Below the pieces are notes generated by a model that made no database searches, was not told the origin of the DNA, and saw only the letters and a program-made list of their open reading frames with translations. DNA of 64,000 bases from Mobula hypostoma (lineage: Eukaryota): contig NC_086097.1 of assembly GCF_963921235.1 (NCBI RefSeq), forward strand, positions 108,378,001-108,442,000. Reading direction: 5' to 3'. The position numbers and the translations under genes are program-made. Positions 23,582 to 34,595 of this stretch are shown here, piece by piece; positions within the stretch are counted from its first letter, which is position 1, and every line of letters begins with the position of its first letter.

Positions 23582-24114
23582 CTGCACTGTGCAGAAGTTT
23601 CAGGCACATAGATACAGCTAGGGCGCCTAAGACTTTTGCACAGTACTGTAGTGATTTTATGTATTGCACTGTACTACTGCCACAAAAAAAACAAATTTTA
23701 TGACATATGCGAGTGATGATGAATCTAATCCTGATATAGGTCTCTATTGTGGACTGAGAGTGGGAAGGGGCCAGGGAGAGGAGAATTATGGTTGGGAAAA
23801 GGGAAAGGAAGAAGGGAGGGAGTGGGAAGCACCAGAGAGACATTCTATAATGATCCATAAACCGATTGTTTGGAAACAGATGACCTTGCTTGGTGTTTCA
23901 GGGCTGGGTGTGCTAACCCCTGCCCCTGGATCTAGTTCACTACCACTTGTCCCACACCCCTGCTGCAGCACTTCACCCTCGCCATTCCCAACATCCTTTG
24001 CTCCCGCCAGATTTACAAACTTGTTCTCTGTTCCCAAATTGACAAATACAGTACAGTGCAAAAATCGTAGGCACCCTCGCTACACACAATGCTCACAACT
24101 TTTGCACAGTACTG
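23582..24114. mobile_element. Composite Tc1-type element: two ~67-bp mini-MITEs (23582-23648, 24049-24114) in inverted orientation around captured DNA
   Basis: Each unit has cagtactgtgcaaaag.. / ..cttttgcacagtactg ends, mostly with TA flanks; the internal asymmetric sequence (gctaggg vs ccctcgc) is inverted. Confidence 0.7.
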
Positions 24115-24889
24115 TACCTGCCACAAGATGTACTTCATTTGTGTCCATAAGACCATAAGATATAGCAGCAGAAATCAGCCATTTGGCCCATTGATTCTAT
24201 TCTGCCATTTCATCATGGCTGATCCATTTTTCCTCCACTCCAGTCTCCTGACTTCTCCCCGTATCCCTCCATGCCCCGACCAATCAAGAATCTATCGACC
24301 TCTGCCTTAAATGTACATAAAGATTTGGCCTCCACAACTGCCTTTGGCAACAAATACGACAGATTCACCACTTGCTAGCTAAAGAAATTCCACTTCTTCT
24401 CCATTCTAAAAGGATACCCCTTTATTCTGAGGCTGTGTCCTCTGGTGTTGGATCTCCCACCAAAGGAAACATCCTCTCCACAAACACTATCAAGGCCTTT
24501 TATTATTTGATAGGTTTCAATTAGGTCACCCCTCATTCTTCTGAATTCTAGTGAATACAGGCACAGAGCCATCAAACGCTCTTCAATGACAGGCCATTCA
24601 ATCCTGGAGTCATTTTCCTGAACCTCTCCAGATTCAGAATGTCCTTTCAAAGATAAGGGGCCCAAAACTACTCACAATACTCCAAGTGAGCCTCATCCGT
24701 GCTTTGTAAAGTCTCAACATTACATCCTTGTTTATTTTATTCTAGTCCACTTGAAATTAATGCTAACATCACATTTGCCTTCCTCACCACAGACTCACCC
24801 TGCAAATTAACCTTTAGCGAATCCTGCAGAAGGACTCCCATGTCCCTTTGCGCCCCAGTTTTTTTGTACTTTCTTTCCATTTTGAGAAT

Positions 24890-26563
24890 TAGAGTTACAG
24901 AATACACGTGGACTAAGATGTTAACTGTCCTGTGCTATCACCATTGGGATCATTAGTTGATCTGCCACCTGTCTTCAGGAGTTTCGGCCCGCTTATGATC
25001 AAGACTCCCTCGAGGTGGTGGGCCAGCAGTGCTAAAGCACCATCTCCCACTGGTGAGCTTAAAAAAACTTGGCATCTGCCTCTATCAGAGTTGTTGGTCG
25101 CTTCTATCCAACAGATAGTCTGCTCTTCAGGTGTCTATGCAACTGCTGAAGGGTTTGCAAAAGATGTATACACTGTCTGACTATCTGCCCCTCTGGACAT
25201 ACTTGGTCCACACCCATGCTGATCCTTTCTCTGCTGCCTCAGCTACAGCCCTGCTGGTTGACTTGATCTCTCTTCTAGTGAAGCCAAGGTCACGCAGCCA
25301 CTTCTGGAGAGTGAATGTAATAAACCCGCGGCAGCCTATTTCGAATGGATAGCATGAGACCTTCCACCCTCTGGCTCTGCACTCTGATCTTAATTCTGCA
25401 TACTTGGTTAACTTGCGCTCATTGGCTTCATTGATGTTGTCTTCCCAGGGGACTGTGAGTTCACCAATAACCACTTCTCTACTGGTGCCAGACCATACGA
25501 TTATATCTGGACGCAATGTTGTGAAAGCTATTTGCTCCGGGAAACTGCCTTTCCCGTCGAGGTCGGCCTTGACACACCAATCATTGGCTGACGAAAGTAT
25601 GCTTGATCGTGAGCCTGCGCTGTACACCCTTGTCTTGGAGCCTTCTTTCACAAATGATATACGATATTCTGTGCAGCATGGGGCATGAGATAAGTTGTGC
25701 TGCAGTACTCTCTGCTCAACCGCTTCTGTTACAACTTTGAGAACATCATTATGTCTCCAAGTGTACATGCAGCTGGAAAGATTGACTCTGCATACACTCA
25801 AGATATGTTGAAGTGTTCCCTTCTTGCCACAAGCAGCACACCTGTCTGTCTCATCTTCATACCAGGTGCTGAGGTTGGCAGGTGTTGGGAGCAGATCGTA
25901 CACTGCTCTGCATAGAAAAGAAATGCGGAGCGGTTCCATCTGCCACAGAATATTCCAAGATTGATGTCATTGTTCAACACTTTCCCACCGGGTTCAAGCC
26001 CCTTGTTTGGCCAGGCCAGCTGTTTTAGTTAACCTCTTCTCCTCTTCTACCTCTCGTATTTCTTGTGTTACAAGCTCATAGTGCTCCTTAGAAGATGACC
26101 ACCACTTGTGGGTTGTCCATCCAAGTCCCTGGCAGCCTAGCTGGATAGCCCCAACCGTCTCCTTGTGCTTCGATCTAGACTCTGCCTCATCAACTGCTAC
26201 ACGGGCTGACCACTTCCTGCCTGATCGCACATCCAGCTGGGTGTTCTTAATGACAGGGTCTTTTGAGTCTCGAAGCATCAAGAATGATCTTACCTTGGCT
26301 ACCTTGACCTCCTCAACAAGGGATTGCACTGGGATGGTAAGCTTTGTCTGGCTACTGTGGATTGCAACATTGGTGAGGCTGCTTGGTACTCCAAGCCACT
26401 TCTTCACATACTTGTTGATCTTCCATTCCATTGCCTCAACGTGGGACATTGCCACTTCATAGACAGTTAATGGCCACATTATCCGTGGCATCAGTCCATA
26501 CTGCAAGCACTACAACTTCTACTTGCCAGGCAAGCCACACTTGTCAACAGACATCAGACCTCT
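24890..26563 (-). mobile_element. 5'-truncated Hero-clade non-LTR retrotransposon (late RT/thumb, CCHC knuckle, restriction-like endonuclease, 3' UTR), 12-bp TSD
   Basis: TSD CATTTTGAGAAT at 24878-24889 and 26564-26575. One frame, broken by stops: LPGK..QYGLMPRIMWPL.VYEV, WSARVAV, YDLLPTPANL, C..C....LQHILS.C, YTWRHN.VL, RPDI..WS.....ELTVPWE......RKLTKY, EIGCRGF. Confidence 0.88.
24938..25056 (-). ncRNA. Predicted structured RNA in the Hero 3' UTR (double pseudoknot, k-turn, hammerhead-like core words)
   Basis: Five complementary helix pairs plus a hairpin, read directly from the sequence (see findings). Function unknown. Confidence 0.6.
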
Positions 26564-28724
26564 CATTTTGAGAATAGTCTACCCTTTCATTTCTTCTCCA
26601 AACTGCATGACCATACACTTCCTGACACTGTATTCCATCTGCCACTTCTTTGCCCATTCTCCTACTCTATCTAGGTCCTTCTGTAGCCTCTCTACTTCCT
26701 CAAAGCTACCTATCCCTCCACCTATCTTAGTATTATCAACAAACTTTGCAACAAAGCCATCAATTTCATCATCCAAATCATTGACATATAATGTAAAAAG
26801 AATCTGTCCCAGCACAGACCCCTGTGGAACACCACTAATCACTGGCAACCAACTGGAAAATGCTCCCTTATTCCCACTCTTTGCCTCCTGCCAGTCAGCC
26901 ACTGCTTTATTCATGCTAGATTTTTCCTGTAACATCATGGGCATGTAGTTTGCTAAGCAGCCTCAAGTGTGGCACCTTGTCAAAGGCCTTCGTAAAAATC
27001 CAAGTGCACAACCTCAACTGATTCTTTTTTGTCAGGCATTATTTTCCCATGAGGAAACCATGCTGACTACAGCCTATTTTATTGTGTGCCTCCACATCCT
27101 CAACAATCAGCTCCAACACCTTCCCAATCACTGAGGTCAGACCAACTGGCTTGTAAATTCTTTGTTTCTGCCTCTGTCCCTTCTTTAAGAGTGAAGCGAC
27201 ATTTGCAATTCTCCAGTCTTCTGGAACCATTCCAGAATCTAGTGCTTCTTGAAAGATCATTACTAATGCTTCTACAATTTCTTCAGCCACCTCATTCAGA
27301 ACTCTGAGATGTACAACATTTGGTCCGGGTGACTTATCTACCTTCAGACCTTTCAATTTTTCAAGAACCATCTCTCTAGTAATGGTAAATTCACACACTT
27401 CATGACCCCTGACACCTTAGAACTTCCACCACACTGCTAGTGTCTTCCACAGTGAAGACAGATGCAAAATATTTATTCAGTTTGTCTGCTATTTCCTTGT
27501 TCCCCATTACTACTCCAGCATCATTTTCCAGTGGCCGTTATCTGGTTTAGGTATAGCCCATCCCTTTTAACTTCCCCAGAAGAGATCCCAATAATCCATT
27601 ACTCTGCCACCTACACCAGTTCCTCAACGACGCATTCACCTGTCAAATCGTTCTATTCTTACACTCACTGGTGTGTGGCACAGGCTTTGCTGGATGACTT
27701 TGACAATAAACTTCCACAATGACAGGAATAATAGGTGCATCAGACCACCAACTCAAGTTGCCCTAAATTCATGTACAGCTTTCAGTCTTTAATTTATTGC
27801 CATACCTTTGTTGTTGTTTTCAGATATTGGAATCCCCTATCAAATGTTAATGTGATCAACCATTTCACCTTAAGACATGGGAGCAGAATTAGGCCATTCA
27901 GCCTGTCAAGTCTTCTCCCCCATTCCACTATGGCTTCCCCCTCAACCCCACTCTCCTGCCTTCTCCATTACTAGCTGTGCAAAAGACATCCTATCAACTC
28001 TGAGGGATATTAGGATGGGGTCTAAAAGCCAACCTTGCATTCCTGTAGATTAATTTTGAAGTCTTGTTTTAGACTATGAGCAGCTGTAAATACATCAGTT
28101 GAAATTATATTAGCACGGAAAGCAAGTTGTATCTAGTATAATTCTTATTATACTTTCTAAAGCAACAAGTAAAATGATGAATTGTGTGCATCATTTTGAA
28201 GAATTCACATTTCACCAACGTGATATGAAAAATGGAAATGCAGTTATTGGAAATCTGAAATATAAACAGAAAATGCGTGAGGTACTTAGCAAATCAGACT
28301 GCATATATGGAGAGAGAAACGGAGTTCATGTTACAGACAAGGGAAAGCATTGAAAGAACAAAAATGCAGGTGTATGATCACTTGAGACTTGGAGAAACCG
28401 AGTAACAGTTGGCGCTGGTGCCAGCAGAGACAAGCTGATGCTACTTGTCTGAATGAGATGCATAAAGAAGATGGTTAAACAAAGAGGTGGGTTTAAAAAA
28501 TCAGATTCAGGTTTATTATCACTGACACATCATGAAATTTGTTGTCTTGTAGCAGCAGTACAGTGCAATACATACAATTATTGTAATTTAAGATAAGAAA
28601 TATAAATGTAAATCTTTATTATAAAGTACATGAATCTTTTATGCACTGCTGCTGCAGAACAACATTCTGATTCTGAAAAGAAAAACAACACTCAGTATGA
28701 GATGCAGTACACAGGAATTATCTT

Positions 28725-29210
28725 AGGGCCCCTTATCTAAGAAAGGATGTGCTGACATTGAGAGGGATCAAATAGATTCATGAAAATGATTCCGGAATTA
28801 AAGGGCTTGTCATATGAGTGTTTAATGGCTCTGGTCCTATACTCACTGGAATTCAGAGGAATGAGGGGGGACCTCATTGAAACCTGTCGAATGTTGAAAG
28901 GCCTTGACAGAGTGGATGTAGAGAGGATATTTCCAATGGTGGGAGAGTCTAAGGCCAGAGGACACAGCCTCCAAATGGAGGGATGTAGATATGGAGGAAT
29001 TTCTTTAGCCAGAGGTGATGAATCTGTGGAATTCATTGCCACAAGTGGCTGTGGAGGCTAAGTCATTGGGTATATTTAAGGTATGAAGGGCTATGGGGAG
29101 AATGCAGGAGATTGGGGCTGAGAGGGAGAATGGATCAGCCCTGATGAAATGGTAGCGCATGCTCGATGGGCCAAATGGCTTAATTCCGCTTCCATATCTT
29201 ATGGTCTTAA
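28725..29210 (+). mobile_element. CR1 3' fragment
   Basis: ORF 28780-29061 LYSLEFRGMRGDLIET; tail cttatggtctta. Confidence 0.85.
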
Positions 29211-32189
29211 TTGCTCGAAATAAAATAGAATGCTTCAACTGGTTAGAAGGCCAGGAAGCATCTGCGGGGAGTGAAAAACTGAGTAATGTACAGCTGGATG
29301 AATTCCAGGGACTGCATTCTGCCCACATGCATTTTTTTGAGGTGCTGTTCCTTGGTCTTTGTTGGAACTGTGTAGGAGACCAAACTCTGAATGGAATGTA
29401 GGATCAAAGTCTTCGGCAGTTATAGCCAGGATCATTCTCATGGACTGACTGGTGGCGTTCTTCTGAAGATTTATTGCTTTATGCAGCACTATAGTGAGCG
29501 CTGCCACAAGAAAGCAGCATCTATCAGCAAGACCCCCCTTCCCCATCCAGGCCTTGCTCTTTTTTTTTCTGCAGCCATCAGGAAGGAGGTACGGGAGCCT
29601 TGGGTCCCACACTACCAGCTTCAGGAACAGCTGTTACCCTTCAGCCATCAGGCTCCTGAACCAGCGTGGATAACTTCATTCACTTTACCACTGAACTGAT
29701 TCCACAACCTGTGAATGCACTCACCAGGAATCTACAGCTTATGTTCTCATATTTATTTATTTATGTTTGTATTTGCAGTTTGTCTTTTTTAAATTTTATT
29801 TTTGGCTGTCTTTGTGTGTAGGTTTTCACTGATTCAATTGTATTTCATTCTCCTGTGAATGCCTGTGATTAAATTAATCTCAGGGTAGTATATGGTATAT
29901 GTACTTTGATAAATTTACTTTGAACTATTAATGATCTTTTCGGTATGCTTTTCAAAAAGTGGTTGGATCCCCAAGCTGTTTCTGAGTTACAATTTTATAG
30001 TTTGGTGAGCTAGTTAGCATGACTTACTTTCTTGTGCTACAGTTAAAGTTAATTGTCGATTATTTGCTTGTATTTCGTGGGCTTTATATCTGACTTCAGG
30101 TATCACATCCATAGTACCATTAGTTTCTTCTTTTATGGGTCTGTTATGCTGTTACCTGCCTCAGAACTCTACTATTTGGGTTTGATTAGACATGTTTGAC
30201 CAGTTTTCTGAAGCTCAAGCAGCTGATTCTGTCAATTTTATCAACTTTTTGCAAATCTACCACTGCTTCTTGAACTTATTCCCTCATCTGCCCTTTCTGG
30301 TTACCTTTCACACCCTAAAGACATGCAGGTTGTTAGGTTAATTGGCTGCATCAAATTACTGCTCATGTAGGTAGGTGGTAGAATGATGGAAAAATAGGGA
30401 ATTTGAGCTGGCATAGATTTGAAGAGCAGTCTCCTATGTTGTAAGGAAATAGGATTTTGAGTTATCCGGGCTCAGCAATTACCTCAGCTTAGGCATCCTT
30501 CTCCCTAAATCTCCAACAGCTGCCCAACAGTTCTCCAGTTCTGCTTGCTTAGTTGAACTGACAAAATGCCTGTTTCCAATACATCCATTACTCCACTGGT
30601 TTAGCCATTGTGTTTGGATCCATTTGGACTTTGTCAAGCTATATGACTCATTTGTTTTCTGGGTACATGAAAAGAACACGGGAGGAGAATGGGCCTTTCT
30701 TCATCTCTCAGCCCATTCATTCCATCTGACCATCTGTAGTTAAAATCCTTTTTTATTCTATAATCATCAGTACATTGTGGAGCAAACAGTGATCAACCTA
30801 ACTTTTGGAATTAACCACCTGATGTCACCAATCATGTCCTAATTTAAATGTTTCTCTATCCATCTCCTCTTTCCCATTTTAGCCTTTCTTGCCAGTAAAA
30901 TTGTGGCTACGCAGATCGATTAGGGTGGCTAAGAAAGCAATATGGCATGCTTGCCTTCATTAGTCAAGGCACTGAGTTCAAAATTTATGTTGTAGCTTTA
31001 TCAAACTCTAATTAGGTCACATTTGAAGTATTGCATACAGTTCTTTTCCAAGGGTGGAAGTGTCTAATACCAGATGACATTCATTTCAAGTGAAGGGATA
31101 ATTCCAAAGGAGATGTGAGGAGTAAGTTTTTTTTACATAGAGCGTTGTGGGTGCCTGGAATGCACTTACTGGGGTGGCAATAAAGGCAGAAACTTTGGGA
31201 ACTTTTGTTTAGATAGGCACATGAATGTGGGGAAAATGGAAGGGTTTAGACAGAAGTGATTAGTTAGCCAGTTGGTTATTAATTTAATTGGTTTGGCACA
31301 ACATTGTGGGCGGAAGGGTCTGTTCCTGTGCTGTACTGTTCGATGTTTATGAAATTCATTGTGTTTTCTATATTCTTCACTGCTGTTATCTGTGTTATGC
31401 TGTCAATGCTTCACTAAACTCCTTTAACAAGTTCTTTAGCTCTGTTGATAGATCTTGACCATCAGGGTAATGATGTGTGTGCCATTGTCATTACAATGGT
31501 GTTGCCAAAAATGGCAGACATTCCAGCATATCAAAAAAAATTTAGACAAGGATTTCTGAACAAGCAGTGACTAAATATTTTATTAGTTTAGGTTTTCATA
31601 AATTCTCTGTGGGAATATTCCCTTTAGTCTGCTTGCCAATATGTGTTATGACTTTGAAATGTCTGTCCTGCTTAAATCCTAACCTGCAACTTCAGTGCAG
31701 AACACTCAGTATCAAATTACAAGCAAGAAGTGTTTGGGTGGACAAAAATCATCCAAAGTGCTGTATGTAGTGGTGTGCAAACTCATTATAGACATACTGA
31801 ATTTCAGTAGTGCAAGGGTTAAGCACTGGAATGCGTCCCTCCTATTGAAAAAAAATAGCTTGCGGATGGAGAATGGATTCAAATGAATTGTGCATTGGTA
31901 ATGAAGGCAAACTCCTTCAGATGCGTAAAGCCATCTTCAGCATTGATCAAGCTCCTTGAAAGCTGATTCATAATTCATTTGTGAACAGTCTAAACTGGTC
32001 CAGTAAATTAGAGACTGGAAGAAGAAAGTGCTGTTTTATTATTATGAAATTAGAGGCATTGCTTTCGAGTGTGAGTTTTTTTAGGTAAATCAGTTTGTCC
32101 CTCAGCCAAGCTGGGTTCAAAAGCCCTGTGACTAGCCGGGGGGAACAAAAGCATGGAACTAATACGCACCTTGCCTCGCCTGTTTTCAG

Positions 32190-32272
32190 ATACCGGACAG
32201 AAGAAGCTTCAGGAGAAGAAAGATACACGGTGGATGTCTTCCCAGAAGCCCAAAGGGACCATAGAATACACG
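32190..32272 (+). CDS. OXR1: OXR1 coding exon (83 nt, phase 1 to 0): (D)TGQKKLQEKKDTRWMSSQKPKGTIEYT
   Basis: Acceptor tgttttcAG at 32188-32189, branch-like ctaat at 32159, donor CG|gtgagt. The peptide matches vertebrate OXR1 DTGQKK...MSFQKPKGTIEYT as recalled. Splices in frame to 54576. Confidence 0.95.
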
Positions 32273-32399
32273 GTGAGTCAGGCTAGCTGGTTGTGCAGGA
32301 AGGAAATATCTATTCAGATTCTATTTATAATGGAAGACACTCATTTAGTTAGGGGGAAGGAAAATTTCAGTTTCTCCTCTTGTACGCATGCAGAGACAG

Positions 32400-32468
32400 A
32401 GACGCAGACAGGCGCATACACATACACACACACATGCGCACACATACACATACATAGACACACACTCT
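32400..32468. repeat. Degenerate (CA)n microsatellite
   Basis: Alternating purine/pyrimidine run catacacatacacacacacatgcgcacacatacacatac. Confidence 0.8.
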
Positions 32469-32978
32469 CACCTCTCTGGAATTTGGAATTGATCTTCCTG
32501 TGTAACTGACCTCTATTTACCAGTATTAGAGGCAAAATGGAGCCTGTTTTCTGTCAATGATATGCTCTTGAAATGACCTGTGATAAATTGCAGTCTGTGT
32601 AGGAGAATCACTTCTGAGATATTCATTTATGTGAATTTCATATGGCAATTGAAAACGTCAGACTGCCCCTTCCACTTGGTTTACTGTTTATTGAACTTGT
32701 AATTACGTCAGGTTTTTGAAAGTCTTTTTAAATATATGAGTATGTCGTATCAAAAGTGTGCCGCTTAGTTTCTAGCTACCTTGCCGTATTTTGTGGTGTT
32801 TGTCCTCAAATATTTCTATTTTAAACCTGCCTGTCACAAGAACAGTCGCAACAGTTTTGTTGGTATCGATGAAATTTGGGTAAGGAATTACTCCTATTTG
32901 CAAGTAATCTTATCAGTTACCTTGTTACTGAATTTATTCCTCAGCCACCGCCACCAAAATCGAAATATTAGGTTGATT

Positions 32979-33270
32979 TTTTTTGGTGTCTGCCTGTGTG
33001 CATGCGAGTCTGTGCGTGCGTCCGTGATTATGTCTTTTTCATGGCTTTTTACAAGGCACGGAGCGAGAGAGAGAGACGGTGTGGCGCACCACTCCTCACA
33101 CAGATATTTTCGCAGTATTTTCCCTTTATTTTACGAGGTCGAGTTGCGATTTTGACACTCAACCCGGCACGGATGGAAAGCGTACTCGGGAGCGGACCTG
33201 ACTAGTTTCGACCCCAGGAACCTCTACTCCCGGGTCCGGCGCCGATGTCGTTACACCACCAGCCGGCCCG
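32979..33270 (-). mobile_element. Young CpG-rich tRNA-derived SINE with 9-bp TSD AGGTTGATT
   Basis: Minus strand has A-box-like tggtgtaacga and B-box-like gggtcgaaac; A-tail at about 32979-32984; TSD at 32970-32978 and 33271-33279. Confidence 0.8.
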
Positions 33271-33449
33271 AGGTTGATTATTTATTTCAATTGTGTAGTA
33301 TTTTACTGCATATGTAAATTGCCAGTGATTGCAGACTCAACAAAGTGACTGGATTTCAAAGGTAGTTCATTAGTTTCACATTGTTTTGGATGTCCTGAGA
33401 TAGTGGAAGGCAATATACAAATTAAAGCTCTGTTTATTACGGACCTGAA

Positions 33450-33900
33450 TTTCAGGACTGGAAAAGAAGGGGGCAGAAGCCAGAATAAGAAGGTGGGGAG
33501 GGGAAAAGCTAAGTTCTGGTAATTTCTCACCCCTCCCCCTCCTCTCTTTTTCCATTCCCCATTCTGGTTCCCCTGTCACCCCTTCTCACCTACGCACCTC
33601 CCTCTGGTGCTCCTCCTCCTCCTCCTCCTCCTCCCCTTTCTCCTATGATCCTCTGTCATCTCCTATCACTTTCCAGCTTCTTACTTCATTCCTCCAGCCT
33701 CCTCACCTGGTTTCACTTATCACCTGCCAGCTTGTCCACTTTTCCCTTCCTTCCACTCCCCACCTCCTTATTCTGGCTTCTGCCCCCTTCCTTTCTGGTC
33801 ATGAAGAAGGGTTGTGGCCTGAAATATTGATTGTTTACTTGCTTCTATAGATGGTGCCTGACTTGCTAAGTTTTTCCAGCATTTTGTGTGTGTTGCTATT
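33450..33900. mobile_element. Penelope-like pLTR with short inverted segment; (TCC)n at about 33611-33632
   Basis: gaagggggcagaagccagaataagaaggtgggg is inverted against ccccacctccttattctggcttctgcccccttc; decayed hammerhead; ccagcattttgtgtgtgttgc end. Confidence 0.75.
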
Positions 33901-34464
33901 GTTTCAAAGAAGAGGATAATAAGATTGGAAATAGGAGCAAGAGCCTCCTGGATGCTGCTATACTATACAATAACAACATAGTTGATCAGAATTTGGCTTC
34001 CTCTTTTCTTGCAGTTTGCCACATCCCTTGATTTCTCTGCAATTCAAAAAAGCAAGTTTGATTTTCAGTGCATTCACGGGGTCAACCTCCATAGTTCTCT
34101 GGAAAAGAGAGTTCTGGAGAAGACAAGCCTGAGAGAGTGTTCAAAGAGTTCAGATTAGATTTATTATCCAATTACCATATACTACCCTGAAATTCATTTT
34201 CTAGCAGACATTCACTGTGGAATGAAGAACTATAGTACAATAGAGTCAATGCAAAACTACATATAAATAAAGACTAACAAATGACTAATGTGCAAAAGGA
34301 GACAAATTGTACAAATGGGCAGAAGTTATTAATTCATTCATTAACACTGAGAACATGAGTTGTAGAGTCCTTGAAAGTGAGGTCCTGTTCAGTGTTGACC
34401 CTTAATTGAGACTGGAAAGGAAAAAGGACAGAAGCCAGAATAAGAATCATTTCAGTGTTGAGCA

Positions 34465-34595
34465 TAAATGCGGGTTCTTTTTTAACATTTAAGAATAAAT
34501 TGGACAGATACATGGATGGGAGGTGTATGGAGGGATATGGTCCGTGTGCAGGTCAGTGGGACTAGGCAGAAAATGGTTCGGCACAGCCAAGAAGG
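34465..34595 (+). mobile_element. 131-bp CR1 3' UTR fragment, nearly identical (inverted) to 58796-58926
   Basis: One mismatch found on comparison by eye. Confidence 0.9.

Larger units (their letters stand above)
24148..27535 (-). mobile_element. CR1 LINE (RT to 3' tail), split by the Hero insertion
   Basis: ORFs 27039-27398 (KSPGP..HLRVL.EVAEEI), 26579-26944 (SGVPQGSVLG..KFVDNTK) and 24375-24665; tail ccataagaccataaga. Confidence 0.9.

Noticed and set aside
1..32189. Upstream OXR1 exons (LKKKSQSVD... exon or an MDYL-type first exon)
   Set aside because: I found no matching peptide by eye; these probably lie upstream of the window, though a short divergent exon could have been missed.
32153..32509. 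118-aa ORF as a complete gene
   Set aside because: Only 32190-32272 matches OXR1; the rest reads through the donor into a CA microsatellite.
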